DNA of 64,000 nucleotides from Fistulifera solaris (taxonomy: Eukaryota), in assembly GCA_030295235.1 (NCBI GenBank), contig AP026157.1, positions 186,001 through 250,000 on the forward strand, given 5' to 3'. Below the pieces are notes generated by a model. The model saw nothing but the letters and a program-made list of their open reading frames with translations, was not told where the DNA came from and did no database searches. This document shows, in pieces, positions 25,866 through 39,342 of this stretch (the first letter of the stretch is position 1; each line of letters begins with the position of its first letter). The position numbers were made by a program, and so were the translations under genes.

Positions 25866-26506
25866 GAGTGTTCTAGCGTGTGTTTTTCGCGAAAATAAAG
25901 ACTCGCTACCCGGGAAAAAAATAAAAATATAAGTACTATAGCAATGAGCAAGCGGGAAGGGCAGAGTGGCCTCTGCCGGGGTTACAGACTTCGGTCACCC
26001 CTAAGGTTCTGCATGCCTCTGCTCTTCCTGGTTCCCGTTAACCAACCTGGTATGATCCATCCATCACGTCCCCTTGAATTTGGTCGTTTTCCTAGCCTGT
26101 CGACTGCCAGAGGAAAGGTGATTCATGATTCACGACTCACGACTAACTACTCAGGACTTGTCGTTGATAATCGCGATGACCCGATGCGCGCTTTTTTTTC
26201 TTTTCTTTCACAATGACCATGGGGAGATAGGACAACCAATGCGAAAGAAAGCTTCCTTCTGCATTTTTCTTTGCTGTCTCTAAAAAGTGAAAAACATGCT
26301 GAAACGACCAAGCTCCGATTGTGACAGTATTGAAGATATTGAGCTGCAATCGCTCACGGTAAGTTGCACGTCCAGCGTTTATGTTTTTGCCTCCCGATGA
26401 CGAGACGAAAAGATAAACTAGTTCAGAGATTTCGAGTATTTCTTGTACAGTGAAAACAAACATTGCTAATCTTCTATCCGACGGGAAACTTCTCGAAAGT
26501 GGTGGG

Positions 26507-27130
26507 ATGCAGAATGTGCCGAACAGAACACCCTCACAGCCGTTCTTTTTCCGTAACTTTCAACAGTCGTCGAGTGCTACACTCAGCACGACCAATACTA
26601 ACAAAAAGCCGCAGTTTCGAGACAGTTTATGGAGCTGCTGTAATGCAGGCCCGTTTCACCCCAGCTTGTGGCTTTCTTGTTGCTGCCCGGCGCTTGCCGC
26701 GGCTCAGTTCGTACATCGCGTCAAGTGGATCAAAGTATCATCACCGAATTTCTTTCGGCGTATGGCGGTTGTGTGTGGATTATATGCACTCGTTCGACTG
26801 CTATGTCTACTAGCAGTAGCGTTGACGGATCCGAATCTAGACAAGCATTTTCATGACAAGACAGATTTCATCGAACCCGGCTGGATTTATCACATCGCAG
26901 CGCATTTAGACTCGGCTCTGGCCTACGTAATGTGGATTTTAACTGGTCTCTGGTTATGGCGGCTGCGATGGAGAACTAGACAGCAGGATCGAATTTCGGG
27001 TCATTGCAGCGAGGACATGTGTTGTAGTTTTGCCTGTCCCGGACTTGTAGCTTCGCAGCTATTGCGCCACACGGCAGATTACGGCCAAGTTTCGGGTAGG
27101 TGTTGCACGAGAACAGGCTTGGACGTTTAG
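26507..27130 (+). CDS. PLAC8 (Cys-rich) family membrane protein
   Basis: FRDSLWSCC...WLSCCCPALAAAQ, two hydrophobic spans, RWRTRQQDRISG...EDMCCSFACPGLVASQLLRH. Start uncertain (first ATG 26507). Confidence 0.8.
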   Translation: MQNVPNRTPSQPFFFRNFQQSSSATLSTTNTNKKPQFRDSLWSCCNAGPFHPSLWLSCCCPALAAAQFVHRVKWIKVSSPNFFRRMAVVCGLYALVRLLCLLAVALTDPNLDKHFHDKTDFIEPGWIYHIAAHLDSALAYVMWILTGLWLWRLRWRTRQQDRISGHCSEDMCCSFACPGLVASQLLRHTADYGQVSGRCCTRTGLDV

Positions 27131-28713
27131 TTTCTCCACAAATAGGATAGGCAACTTAAAAGTAAGTGAAGCAAACTCGATGGCGAAACACTCGACGCGT
27201 CCACGATTTCTATTATATGGTACCAATTTACAAGCTAGCTAGACTTCTTAACTGGCTAGTCTGTTCCCGTGTTAGTTGCTGTTTGAACCAAATTGACTAC
27301 GGAGTGTCTAAAGTTTGGGTTGTACCAGGTACAGCTACAATAGACAACAGAGACGTTAAACCAAAATGTTGAGAGCTCGGGACTGAGTTCTGAGTGACGA
27401 ATTTCCCGTCCGCCACACCGTGTTTTTAAAAAGTGCGAGCCACACAACACAAAAAGAAATAACACAGCAAAATACGAGCATGATAATTGCGCGAGTGGCT
27501 TATTGATGCTTGTAATAACAGGAAAGAGGCAAATAGGTCTTGAAAGGGAAATAGGATGTAGTTTGTTACAAAGTGACGGCTTGTGATGGGTGTGCTGTCA
27601 GAGAAAGCAGCACTATCATCATTACGGTATGTCTGATCACTGCCTTGATATCGCGGGATGATTTGAAGGAAAAAGTCCATGAACGAATGTCGATGAATGC
27701 CAAAAACAACAGAGCATTGGGTTCTGAACAGTTTTTTTGATGACAAGACGATGTACCAGTCGTCTTAAAAAACAATTGAGGAGACATTTTGGTTCAAAGG
27801 ACAGTCGTCGAACGCAAAAAAGGACAAGGACGATTTTACCGAATCATAGGAAGTGCCGTCTGAGAACGATTTTCAACAATGTTGCACAGACAACGGCTGT
27901 GCTCGGCTGGTGAATCTTGCTGTGGTTGCTTTCTCCAAAATGGATAATTCTTGCTAAAATAGCCGAAGAAGCAGCTAAGAGGATTTGTTGGTTGGGATGT
28001 CAGTCGGTGTACTGTTTTGTTGGATGTGTGCTGCTACACTCGGAAATAACAACAGAGTCTGTGTCGTTCGTTTTTCAGTCGATTTCCTCAGTTCGCTTCT
28101 CACGAAGATATTCTCACACTTTTAGCTCATTTTTACTGCAACAGCATTTTCGAGTAGGATGCTACTACTAAAAAACAAGCGAAGTAGCCCCAAAGACGGC
28201 TTTCCGTCGCATTCAACTTCAATCAACTGGACCAGCATATCTGTAACGGATGCATGCATAATTCATACACGCAGATCATTTGTCAGTCACCTATCATGCT
28301 TTTTGCTTTGTTTCCGAAAGCGAGTTATGTCCCGTTGTTGTAAGGTTGTTAAACCCGCAATAGTCACACTAGATGACCTTCGTTTGTTATTCAAGCAACA
28401 AGTCGTAGAAACTAGAATGAACTGTCGCTAAAAGCTTTACACCGTACTATTATTTACGCTGCACCTAAGATTGCACGTCTGTCCGGCAATACAGGCGGAG
28501 TTATCGCATTACTGGTATCGCCGAAACAGGGTTAGGGTCTATTTTTGCAGATAAGACTTTCGGTACCGTTTATGTATCAACGGAAAGGAATTGGTGCGCG
28601 CTCGTCATGATGAGCGATACAAATGAAAAATAAATGAAAAACTCCTCGCATTCTTTCCAAATTCCTACTCCGCATTGTTGCTGCTGCAATGGGATGTACC
28701 GGTAAAACGAAGA

Positions 28714-31604
28714 ATGACAGTAGAAATGGAATCGAGGGATGCAAATAAGAACTCCCCGGCTGGATCTTCCAACCTTGAGACATCGTATTCATCTGATGGA
28801 TCTCCATCGTCGCGCCGAGCCGTTCGGTTCGAGAATGTGCAGGAGGAGTCCGAGAGTGTCGTCCGCCGAGAGAAGGGGTTCTCACCAACGGAAACGGATC
28901 ATCACGCAGCCTACTTAAAGACACTCCGTGAGTTAAGCACCGAGAAGCAGAAAAGGAGACGTAAAGAGAAGAACATGCTGAAACTGGCCCAAGAGCTAGG
29001 CAACCGGACCGAACAAGTCGCTGAGAGCGAAAAACAAATAAAGGCGTTGAAATTGGAAATCGACCTTTTGAAAAATAAGTTATTTGAAGCAACGAACGAG
29101 AAAAGTGAAGAAAGAGATGAAACAGGAAACGCGGATTGCAATGAACGCCAGTCAACGCAAACGGAGTTGTCACGGTTGGAGAAGGAGCTTCACGAAAAAA
29201 CCAAAGAACTAACGATATTGCAGCACGATTTAGCTGAACGATCTAAATCACTCGAAATGCAACAGTCGGAACTTTCAAAAAAGACTGAAGCATTGCGGGT
29301 CACGGAAGCGGAGCTCGTGCGTGAACGAGGCGAAGTGGTCAAGTTACGTCAGCATCTTGAAGAGTTGAAGGGGGAATGTGCAAACCATGCCCAGGAGCGA
29401 AGCGATGCCATGTCCAAGATGAAATTGTTAGAGACAGACTTGACAGAAAAAAAGGATTTGCTAATGAATCAATCTGCGTGGGTTGAGTCGACGAATGAAG
29501 TCTCACTCCAAACTGCAAAAGCAGAAATCGAGACGCTGAATCTCACGCAGGCGTCTCTAATGAAGTCAGAAGAAACTATTACCAGCCACAACGTTCTTCT
29601 TAACAGTCTGAATGTACAGGCGGCGCAGCAAGATGAGATTATTGCTGACATGCAAGTCAACCTCAAGAAAGAAAGGGCGGAAGTTGAACGACTTTCCAAA
29701 CAAAGCATTGAGCTAGAAGACGAGAAGGCTTCTTTGCGCCACGATCTAGATGAAGCAACAAATGATCTCATGTTTCTAAAGGCGAACCTTTTGGTCAAGG
29801 AGCGGCTACTGCAGGATATGCGCGAGGAGCTTCGTTTAAAGGAATCAGAATTTACAGCTACTGCCCAAACAAGTAGGGAATCTCTTAGAGTGTTGCAGGA
29901 GCAGTGTCAGAGTAAAGATGCTAGGCTAGATGCAGCTATGGCAGAACTTGCTCATGAGCGATCTGCATTTAAAACTGTCGAGAAGCAACGACTATTGCTT
30001 GAAGACGAGTGTAAAGCCCTCCGTATCGCAAAGGATCTGTCGGTACAACAAAACGACAAGTTGAAGGACGAACTCCAAGCACTAAAGGCGTTGGCGATGG
30101 TAGAGGAGCTAAGTGAAAACCGTTTTCTCGTACGATCTATCTTAGATGATCAAACCAGTGAGTGCGTCAACGAGTCTGTTGTCAACTCTTCAGGACAAGA
30201 ACCTGAAGAAACGCCGACCGTGGAAGACGCAGCTCGTTTCGAGCTGCTGGAAGCTTCAAGACAAAGGCTACTCGACGATTGTAATTTGATAAGACTTTCG
30301 TTGACTAAGCTGGAAGATGAAGTCAAAGGACTACTCTTGGAATTCGACTCGGATAAGAAATTATTGGCTGGTTTAGAGTCAAGCATCAAGGCTCAGCACA
30401 GGGAGGCGACACTGGTTCGCGAAGAATTGATGGGGTGCAAGATCGAAGTACAGCTACCGGCCGTTAATGGCAAGCATCGTGACAACGGATTGGTTGGTAC
30501 CGAGCGGCTCATAGCGACGCTTGACAAAATTGTGAGCGGTAAGCTAGCAAATGTTGGTGCTTTATCTCAAACGATCGAGCTTGTCTCCGGCCTGAAGCAT
30601 ATGGTCGAAGGACTGCAGCACGACATGAAGGATCGCGAGAATAAGGTCACAGAGATGGAGAACGAACTGGAACTGCTCGCTTCAAAGGACGCTGTGGTTC
30701 CTGAAGGAAATTCCTTAAAAGTTGTTGCTTGCAATGCAGATCTTGAGCCAATTATCTTGAAAGAGGAAGTCCGACAATCCCTATTGTCCGCTTTCGCAAG
30801 TTTCAATTCTGTGATGGCGACGCTTTCTGAACCATCCTCTGCAAATCTGACGCGTGCTGTTGATAAGTTACAAGCCACATGCAGTGATATAAACTCCCAG
30901 ATTTTTCTTCGCCTCGAATCGAAAGTCGCGCTGGCTCTGAAGATGAAAGTCGCTAGGGACAAAGCGATGCAGGCGCTAAGACAGAATAACAAAAATATGG
31001 AAGAGACTGCAATGAACATGAAAACAAACTTAGCAACGATCAACCAGGAGCACAGGAAAAGATTGAAGAACTGAAAATCAAGATTGATCAGGAGACTCAA
31101 TTGAAGCACGACGCCAAGCGGGAGCACGATGCCGCTCTACGATCCGTCGAAAGTAAATATGCATCCACAGTCAAGAACCTTGGCAAGAAAAGTGATGAGC
31201 TGCTAACTGACTTTGAATTCCATATGCATGGGCGTATCGATAAACTGGAATCAAAACTGGACAAAAAGACAGCTCGAATTCGCACACTACAAAGATTGCT
31301 CACTCATAAAATTCATGTTCATCGTCCTGAATCGCACACGCCGTGGTTGTTTCGGTTTTCGATCCTTCTACTTATCTGTGCCTTGCCAATCTTTGTGCTG
31401 TTCGGAACTGATGACCGCCAATGGTTTTGCGCATTATTGCCACCGTGGGAGCATGATCAGTCCAACAAAGTGCAGCCGTGGCAGCAGTGGTGGAGCAGCT
31501 TCAACAAAGCGCCAACACCGTCGAGCCACCCATGGTGGAAATGGGAGAGTAATGCACATCTGGACTGGATAGAAGCTAAAATTTGCCGATCGCACAATGA
31601 CTAG
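28714..31604 (+). CDS. Long coiled-coil protein with C-terminal transmembrane anchor
   Basis: E/K/L-rich heptad sequence. Joins ORF 31101-31604 with one added A at 31057-31060 (HRKKIEELKIK). Hydrophobic FSILLLICALPIFVLF near the end, followed by a Trp-rich tail. Confidence 0.75.
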
Positions 31605-31653
31605 ATGAGAAAGAAAATGAAAAAGGGATCAATACATTATTATTCGTTACAAG

Positions 31654-33101
31654 TTATAAAGAAACCCTTATTCTATACGTTAATGGCAGTCTAAAGGCCG
31701 TGTCGGCTATTTCGTTATTTCGATCAGATTGTTTGTTCCTCCTTTTTCTTTTTCCTTCTTTCTTTTGCCGTTGCTTGGCCTTTTCTATCGAATCCTTATT
31801 GCGCTTTTTTAACTTCGCCTTATCGGTTCTCCGATAGCTTGTTGCCTGACCCGAGGCATCTCTTGCTTCTTTCAGCTCGGATGGCACATCTTCCGGAAAA
31901 CCAGTGATTACCTTTAATTCTTGCCGTATCTTGACTGTCCCAAGTGGCGATCCAGCTGGTTTGAGAATATGTTTTGGTTCAGCGGCCATAATATCCACTC
32001 TTGTATCGGCCCGTCTGTGCATGTGCAAGTGAGGAAGGATTGAACACACAGACCTTGGTAGCTGAAGCAGTGAAAGAACTTACCCGTCACTGTAGAATGC
32101 GGCAAGATTGGCTGCTAACTGCCAGCATTCGTCGGTGGCAACAATCTGGGGCGAGCGCTGCAGAATTAGTACATGAGCACCAGGCGTTCCACGGGCATGT
32201 AGCCAAACATCATTCTGACGTGCTTCTTTGAAGCTCAAGTATTCATTTCCACGCCGATTTCGACCCACCAGGATGGTGCAGCCCGAATACGGTGAAATGA
32301 TTTTTCGGACATTGGAAGCCGGCGTTCCCATTTCTGGTTTTCTCATTTTGTTACTAGGATTACGAGTCTGTCGCTGCGAATTCGAGTCGTCCGTTTGCGG
32401 TGGAGAGAAATTGGTCGTCTTAGACGACCGCAGCAAACGATCCTGAACCAGCATAAACATGTTCTCATTCACTTCGTCATTGTCTGACAAGGCCGATGCA
32501 AGATCCATCTGTGCGTCTTGTAATATTTCTTGGGCACACGCTGTTTCTTGCAGGAGCGCTTGAACAACTGCAGAACCACGTTTGAGCTTACGTGCTTGTT
32601 GAAACAAAGCATCCGCTTCCGCCGCCGCCGATTCATAGGAAGGATTCAAAATCAACTCCACTTCTTGGCCATCATTCTCCCAATCCTGCACAGTCATCTT
32701 TTTGATAGAGGGAGAACTAAACAAATACAGATTATTTGTGATAAGTTGAGCCCGTGCAACTGTAGCTTCTAACGACTCGGCCTTTTCTAGTTCCGATTGC
32801 AAGGAAACGCGCTTTTTCTCTAAATTTTGAATGGTTGTTTGCACCGATGCCGTCCACCTTTGATAATCGAGAAACAAAATCGACCTATTTGAATCATCGG
32901 TATCACCAGCAGTATTATCAACCTCGCCATTCATATTATTCATATCGAGCCGATCGTCAATTTCCTCTTCCCAAAATAATCGAACAATGTTTCGGGCTGG
33001 TAGCCGATGATGATTTGTGAAAAAGGAGGCGCAACAAAGGCGGTAGCGAGGCTCGCCCAGTAGAACCACAACACAAGTGTATGGAAAGACGATGATCTCA
33101 T
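31654..33101 (-). CDS. NFACT-R (DUF814) domain protein, RqcH/FbpA-related, predicted plastid-targeted; intron 32015-32083
   Basis: ILVGRNRRGNEYLSF, DVWLHARGTPGAHVLI, QLAANLAAFYSD, PKHILKPAGSPLGTV, plus a coiled coil with ADALFQQARKLKRG. Presequence MRSSSFHTLVLWFYWASLATA-FVAP is in the adjacent frame (frameshift between about 32973 and 33024). Confidence 0.8.
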
Positions 33102-34156
33102 GATACGATAGTTTGTTGGACTGCATTCGCTTCTAGTTCGTCTGCGGCTCCTTCCTCCTTCATTTGCGTTGTGTGCGTGTGTCATCGCCGTGTGTGGTTT
33201 CCTCATTATTTTTTTGCCCAAGGGGAAATCACTGAGGGACTCGCTTCTGCAGTCACGCGAGGATCGTACATTATACGCCATACTCCAAGCTATAGAAAAA
33301 ATGACCCCTTATTATACCCAAACCGATGAGTGCCGCCAAAATGAGGCTGTAACTTGTTTGTGTACCCCGCTCGCTGCTTCGAGCTTTAGTAAAATTTTCA
33401 AAAATTTTCATCGCGACGCATCACGACAACAATGACAATGTTTGTCATTAAATATGAACGTCAAGGATGTTAAATTCTCGGTAGCCTTCACTTGAGAATA
33501 ACTAATTAAAATATGAAGAATAAGATTCTCAGGTCGGCTACCGAGAATTAAGCTTTTATAATATTCCTTATTTGCGTGAAATAAGCAGGCAAGGACGCAC
33601 ACAGCAGCAGCGCGCAGCGGGGACAATAAGCGGTCCACGTGACTGAATGAAGCGAGTCCCCCAGTGATTTCCCCTTGTTTTGCCCTTCGTCTTTTCTCGC
33701 ATGTCGCATCGCTTACCGACTGCTTCTGCTTCAGTGACGGTGACCCGTGACCGTGACCCGTGACTTCTCTTTTAGTCTTGTCTTGGCTTTTTCTCTCCGC
33801 ATTTAATTAGCCCTACTTGTTACACCTGAGTAAAGTATTTTTGGCACGTTTCAATTCCAAAGTGGTACTCAATAATTAGCAGAAGGGCTTAAGCCGTATC
33901 TTGTCACTATGTAAAGCGATTTTTTTAGACGCACTCGTTTCTGCCATAAATCTTGCCCATGTTATAAAAACTCCTACACTAAATCTGACACCCGGACCCG
34001 GCTTTTTATCGCGCACCCAAACGGAGTTTACAAAAAACAAAGAGTGCATCCGCAGTAAGCTGCAAGCAAAGGAGCAACAAGAAGCTGCAATAAGAGGAAT
34101 AAACAAAACTGTGAATGCCTTTTATTTTATTCCTTTAACTGGTAATTAAAGAAAGC

Positions 34157-35268
34157 ATGATAAATTCAGTCCTTACATCCCTTCGTAATAATAAGCTGGA
34201 AAAGAAGCTCAAGAAGAAGTATGGTTTGAGCGAAGCGGAAGCAAAGAATTGTTGCGTCAAGGCCGCACGGAACTCGCCTCCCAGAGACGAGCTTCGTTGA
34301 AACAATATTGCGAAGAACAATTGCAGCATCGCACTCCGGCAGAAAATTGCAAAACTGATGATGATTATCCGGCGATTGAGCCATCGTGTAGTTTTACGGT
34401 GGCCTGGAGTAAGTCCGATACGGAGACGAATTCGGCTTGGGAATCATCGAAAGGAAGTCCTACCAAAACTACCGATAGAATCATGACTCCACCGGAGCAA
34501 ATCTACCCTCTTCACAGGTACATGCATCAAGAAGACGACAACAAGTCAAAAACAAACCAGGAGTCATCACCAAAGAATATCGAGGCCATGTTGAATGAAC
34601 AATTATCACCCGTACCGGAAATGCTTTTAACCATGAGAAGCGATGAAGTGACGGAAGAAAGCGCAACAACCTTGCCCTTGGAGCGAAAGTTAAATTACGG
34701 AATCGAAGAGACCGATCAAGTTAATGAGCCACATGACTCCTCTTCCCACCCAGATGAGATGAACAAGACCTCCGATTCACATAGTAAACCAAGCAATACC
34801 CCGATGGACTTTTTGGCAACTCCATCCAAGAAAGAAGCACCGCCAGGGCCTCCTTCACTTTCACCGAAAATGAGAGATCTGGTCAAACGCTTTTCGGAGA
34901 TATCAGACTTCATTCCCGACCCATCCAGCACGCCGCAAACTGCCGCTTATACTCTGACGCCTCTGTCTTCTCCCCACTCTGATCTTCCGGTGAATGATAC
35001 ATCGAGTCCTTTGGGCGATGCCAATGACGAAGCACATGATGATGTAGACAGTGTGGTCACCCGGGAAGAGCAACTCGAAGTAGAGGCCAAGGACGACAAT
35101 GAAGTGGCTCACGTTGTGAAAGAGCGAAAAGTGAAGCACTCCAATGTCCCTCGAGTTATTTTTGTGCGAGACCCTCCCGAATTTGAAGTACTTCCGTTTA
35201 CGGACGAGGAGGGCTTTGTCATTCGAAGAGAGAGACGACTGGCTCCCATAGAACGTTTCTCTCTATGA
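34157..35268 (+). CDS. Low-complexity Ser/Pro/Glu-rich hypothetical protein
   Basis: 339-codon ORF; the ATG at 34157 joins it with one added base between 34200 and 34245. No recognisable domain. Confidence 0.55.
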
Positions 35269-35338
35269 GAATATTTTCAATGACATCAACGAGTCAATTC
35301 TATAGTTAACCATTCTTATAATTAAATGCATGTAACTT

Positions 35339-37195
35339 TTACATGAGAGCTTCCAAGTCTATTTCCAGACACGACGCGGGATACAGAAGAGAAAAGTGCT
35401 GCAGAACTTCCGGGTGTAGAATACCGAAGGAACCAATCACGGTCGGGCTGCTACCCGGTTTGGTGAGCACGATTTGAGCCGCTCTTCCCGAAAAGTACGT
35501 CGGCGCATCGCAAGGTTCAATCGCATAGGACCACCCTTCCCGAACCACACGATGATCTTTATCGGCATCATCCGGCAATTCCGGTGCTACTTCCGTCAAG
35601 GTCATGATCCGATCCGCCAAACCATGAATGATTTCAAATCCCGATGTCGGGCCCGCGTACACGGCACACACCATCCGTTGGTTTTTGGCTCCGACAATGG
35701 TCTCGGTCACCACATGTTCATTGTCGGGCACCACCACATCACTGATTTCAAACAATTTGAATCCGTTCGTGAAACTCGTCGCACGATTGTGTTGCAACGT
35801 ATTCAACAACCCGGGCAACAGCGTGGTACGGACAACTTGATATTCCACATTGGCCGGATTCAACAAATGCACGGCGGGCGCGATGGGGCGTCGCAAGGCG
35901 GTGAAATTGTCCTCCAGACTGCACAAACCGTGCGTCAAGACTTCGGTATAGCCCGCCCGCGCAATTTCGTCGCGCAACAAGTCCGTCAACAAATTGAGTG
36001 GAAATTCTTGACCGACCGTGGCGGTTTTCGGGACGCGTTTGACAATGTTGTTGTACCCGAACGCAATGCCAATGTCTTCCGCAATATCGACCGCGTGCAA
36101 AATGTCACTGCGCGTCGGAGGGACCGTCACTTGGAGCATCGTATCCTTCTCGAGCAAATTGGCCGGTCCGAGTTGTACTTTTTCGCACAATTGTTGCATT
36201 TCTTGCGGTGACAATTGAATGCCAATCAAGGAATTGCAAAAGTCCACCGAGGCTTGTTCTTGTCTTGTGTACAAGAGCGGTGTGGTGTAGGAGGACACGA
36301 CGGTACCCGATGGGTCGACATAATTGACGACGACCGGTTCGACTTGAAACGGAGTCGCGCAATATTCACTAAACATGGTAACGACCGTATCCAAAACAAT
36401 GTTCGCTTTGGTCAAGTCAGTTGCCGTACACTCGATAAAGACATTGGTCGTATCCAACGTAATCTTGGAATGATCTCCGTTGATAATCGGTGGCAACGAC
36501 AAGACCGTTTCGGCCGCATCGAGAATCACCGGATAGAGAGGAGACTCCTTAATGATGGGGACGTACGGCTTCAAATGCTTGCCTTCCGTTTGCGTTTCAT
36601 AAAATTCAAGCAATTCCTTGGCTTCGAATTTCCGTGTCGCCGGAGTTAACGGGACAAACTCAATGGAAGACGGTGCACGAGCATCGTAGAAAAACGGTGG
36701 TTGGGTGGCATCCAAATCGTGCGTCCCAATGGCCACCAACGTCCGTTGACGACACAGATTGCGATGCAACTGATCCTGTAATGCGATGAAGGAATCGTAG
36801 CGCTGTGCATCGAATTGAATGTTGCGTAAGATGGCACACACGACAAAGGGTCGGATCGTATCGACATTGGTCTTTTGCACCGTCATACTGTGCACGGGGG
36901 CACCACTCAATGTGTAGTGCGGAGCCGGCATGTCACCCAAAAAAGATTTTTAGGGCCCGCGACAGTCCTTCGACACACAATAGATCGTAACGATTCGCGG
37001 GAACATCAATTTTATAAATGACGGCCGTCGATAATCCTTCCAGACTTTTGTTGGCCTTTTGCGCTTCTTCGAGAGCACTGGTGATTTCATCCAATTCAAT
37101 GCCAAATTCGAAACACAATTCATCAAAGGCTTCGTCCGTGAACGAGCGGCCCAAATGATGGAAGAGAATGTCTTTTCAATTGAAACTGTCGGCAT
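35339..37195 (-). CDS. FARSB: Cytosolic phenylalanyl-tRNA synthetase beta subunit
   Basis: [94 protein letters not shown]. Frameshifts at 37173-37176 and 36939-36944. Confidence 0.95.
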
Positions 37196-37652
37196 TTGTT
37201 TGTTACTTTGTTGGTTTGTGTGATGAATACGGAGGATGCTAACCAACAGGCAACACTATGTGAAAAGAGATTGTGGCGACCTCACGTTGTTATGTTGCGC
37301 GCAAGAAAGTTGAAGGTTTGCAACCTTTGCAACAACATGCTCCACGACATACGGACGGACGTACATTATGGAGTCACGAGTCTTATGGGACTGAGTACTT
37401 TCGCTGCAAGTGTCGAAAACAAAGAGACGCGGACCTATTGTGTCGACGAGCCAAGGACAGACACGACATCCTCCACTCTTTTCTTGCGGGCTCGGAACCA
37501 TTTTTCGTCGTTTTGTATCGCAACAACTTTATGTCATGAATCTCCGCTTGAATCTCCCCTCTATCGAAAAAAGGTACCACACTCTTATTACTTCTTTCAT
37601 TCATTATTTATTGACAACAAAAGTGCACCAAATTTGAGGAGAAAACGAAACC

Positions 37653-39288
37653 ATGGGATGCAATCAATCCACCATTAAAGAACCAGAAGCTGCTGTATTA
37701 GTCGAAGACGATGAACCCAAGAAGATGTCCGCGGTCGGTGCGACGGAACGATTGGTCTCACGAGCGCATCGGATTCAAGCCAAAATAAATAATAATGGAT
37801 CATCATCGGAAGTCAAAGCGCCGCCCAAGTTGGATGAATGCGGCAATCTCATGATTGAAGAAATTGTCAGGCGGACAAACAGCAGTATTTTTACCGAAAC
37901 CATGACACTGGGAACCAAGGAATATCCCATTCATGTCAAAGTACGTGTCAAGTGTCTTTAATAAACAAGTAAAGACGCCTCGAAATACCTCACACTTCTT
38001 CCGTTGCAGTACGCCCAATGGACGCAACGAGGTTACTATCCCGACGATCCTCACAAAGAAAATCAAGACGAATATCGCGTCCAAAACCCGTTTACCAATT
38101 CCGATCGGGATGCCATGTTGGCCGTGTACGATGGACACGGGAAACAGGGTCACGCGTGTGCGCGTTATGCGAAAAAAGCATTTGGGGAAATGCGTCGAAA
38201 AACAGGTCCGATTGGCGCGGGTCAAAAAGTACAAGGACGAATTGCGCGCGGCGGGCAGCCCGGAATCCAAAGTCTTTGATCCGCACAAATGGCCGTACTT
38301 GAATGCCGATGAATATAAAGTGTGTTGTGAAAAAGCGTTTGCGGAATGCAATCAACAAATGCATGCTTCTCCGGATGTAAGTAGTATCAGTAGTGACGAC
38401 AGAAGATTGAAATTGGAGACTCACTCTCGTGCGCAACGACAGGCCAACGACAAATTGAGTGGAACGACCGCCATTACCGTGCATTTTCATGGCAATCAAA
38501 TGATCGTATGTAATGTGGGAGATAGTCGCGCCGTATTAGGTCACTGGGTATCGGACGGAACGGGCAATCCTGACGAAGAAGAAAAGACGGAAATTGGCAA
38601 CGAAGCACCGGAACGGCCCAGACAAAACGATCGCAACAAAACATTTCCGTCACAGGGAGGAAAGATGCTGGCCATTCCACTATCACTCGATCAGACACCG
38701 TACCGTCAGGATGAACGAGAGCGTGTGAAAAAGGCCGGTGCCGCCGTCATGAGCATTGATCAAATGGAAGGAAAAGAAGAAATACACGAACACTGGGGAG
38801 ATATGGTGTTGGGAGAAGATTTGGACATTCACGGTGATCCACCCCGAATATGGATTCCCGGAGAGAAGTATCCGGGTACGGCGTTTACGCGATCGTTGGG
38901 AGATCGACTGGCCAAGGATATTGGTGTGACCGCGGAACCCGAAATACTGGCCAAACAACTTACTTTGAACGACCATATTCTGATTGTGGCATCGGACGGC
39001 ATTTTCGAATTCATTACCAATCAAGAGGCCATTGATATGTGTTTAGCCTGTGATTCACCCTTACACGCATGCGAGGCACTCGTCAAAGCGGCCTATGATC
39101 AGTGGCTGACATACGAGAATCGAACAGACGACATTACATTGATTGTATGTTTTCTATCGGTGGAGAAACCCGTACCAGAAAATGGCGAGGAAGGAACGAC
39201 AGAGGATCTAGTAGCGCTAGCTAGCACGATGTATGGGGAAAAGCCCCATCGAAAACGAGCAAACAGCGTCTTCAAAAGCGACTTGTAA
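37653..39288 (+). CDS. PP2C/PPM protein phosphatase with N-terminal MGCxxS acylation motif; introns 37941-38009 and probably 38377-38442
   Basis: QRGYYPDDPHKENQD, AVYDGHG, SGTTA, CNVGDSRAVL, DQTPYRQDERERV, GTAFTRSLGD, VASDGIFEF, DDITLIV. Frameshift at A6 38172-38177. Confidence 0.9.
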
Positions 39289-39342
39289 ATTTAGTGCAAC
39301 TTTGATTAACATCATAGTGAGGCATGACTTTTATAAAACAAC

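Noticed and set aside
27130..28700. Short ORFs between the PLAC8 and coiled-coil genes
   Set aside because: No motifs or coherent frame could be assembled.
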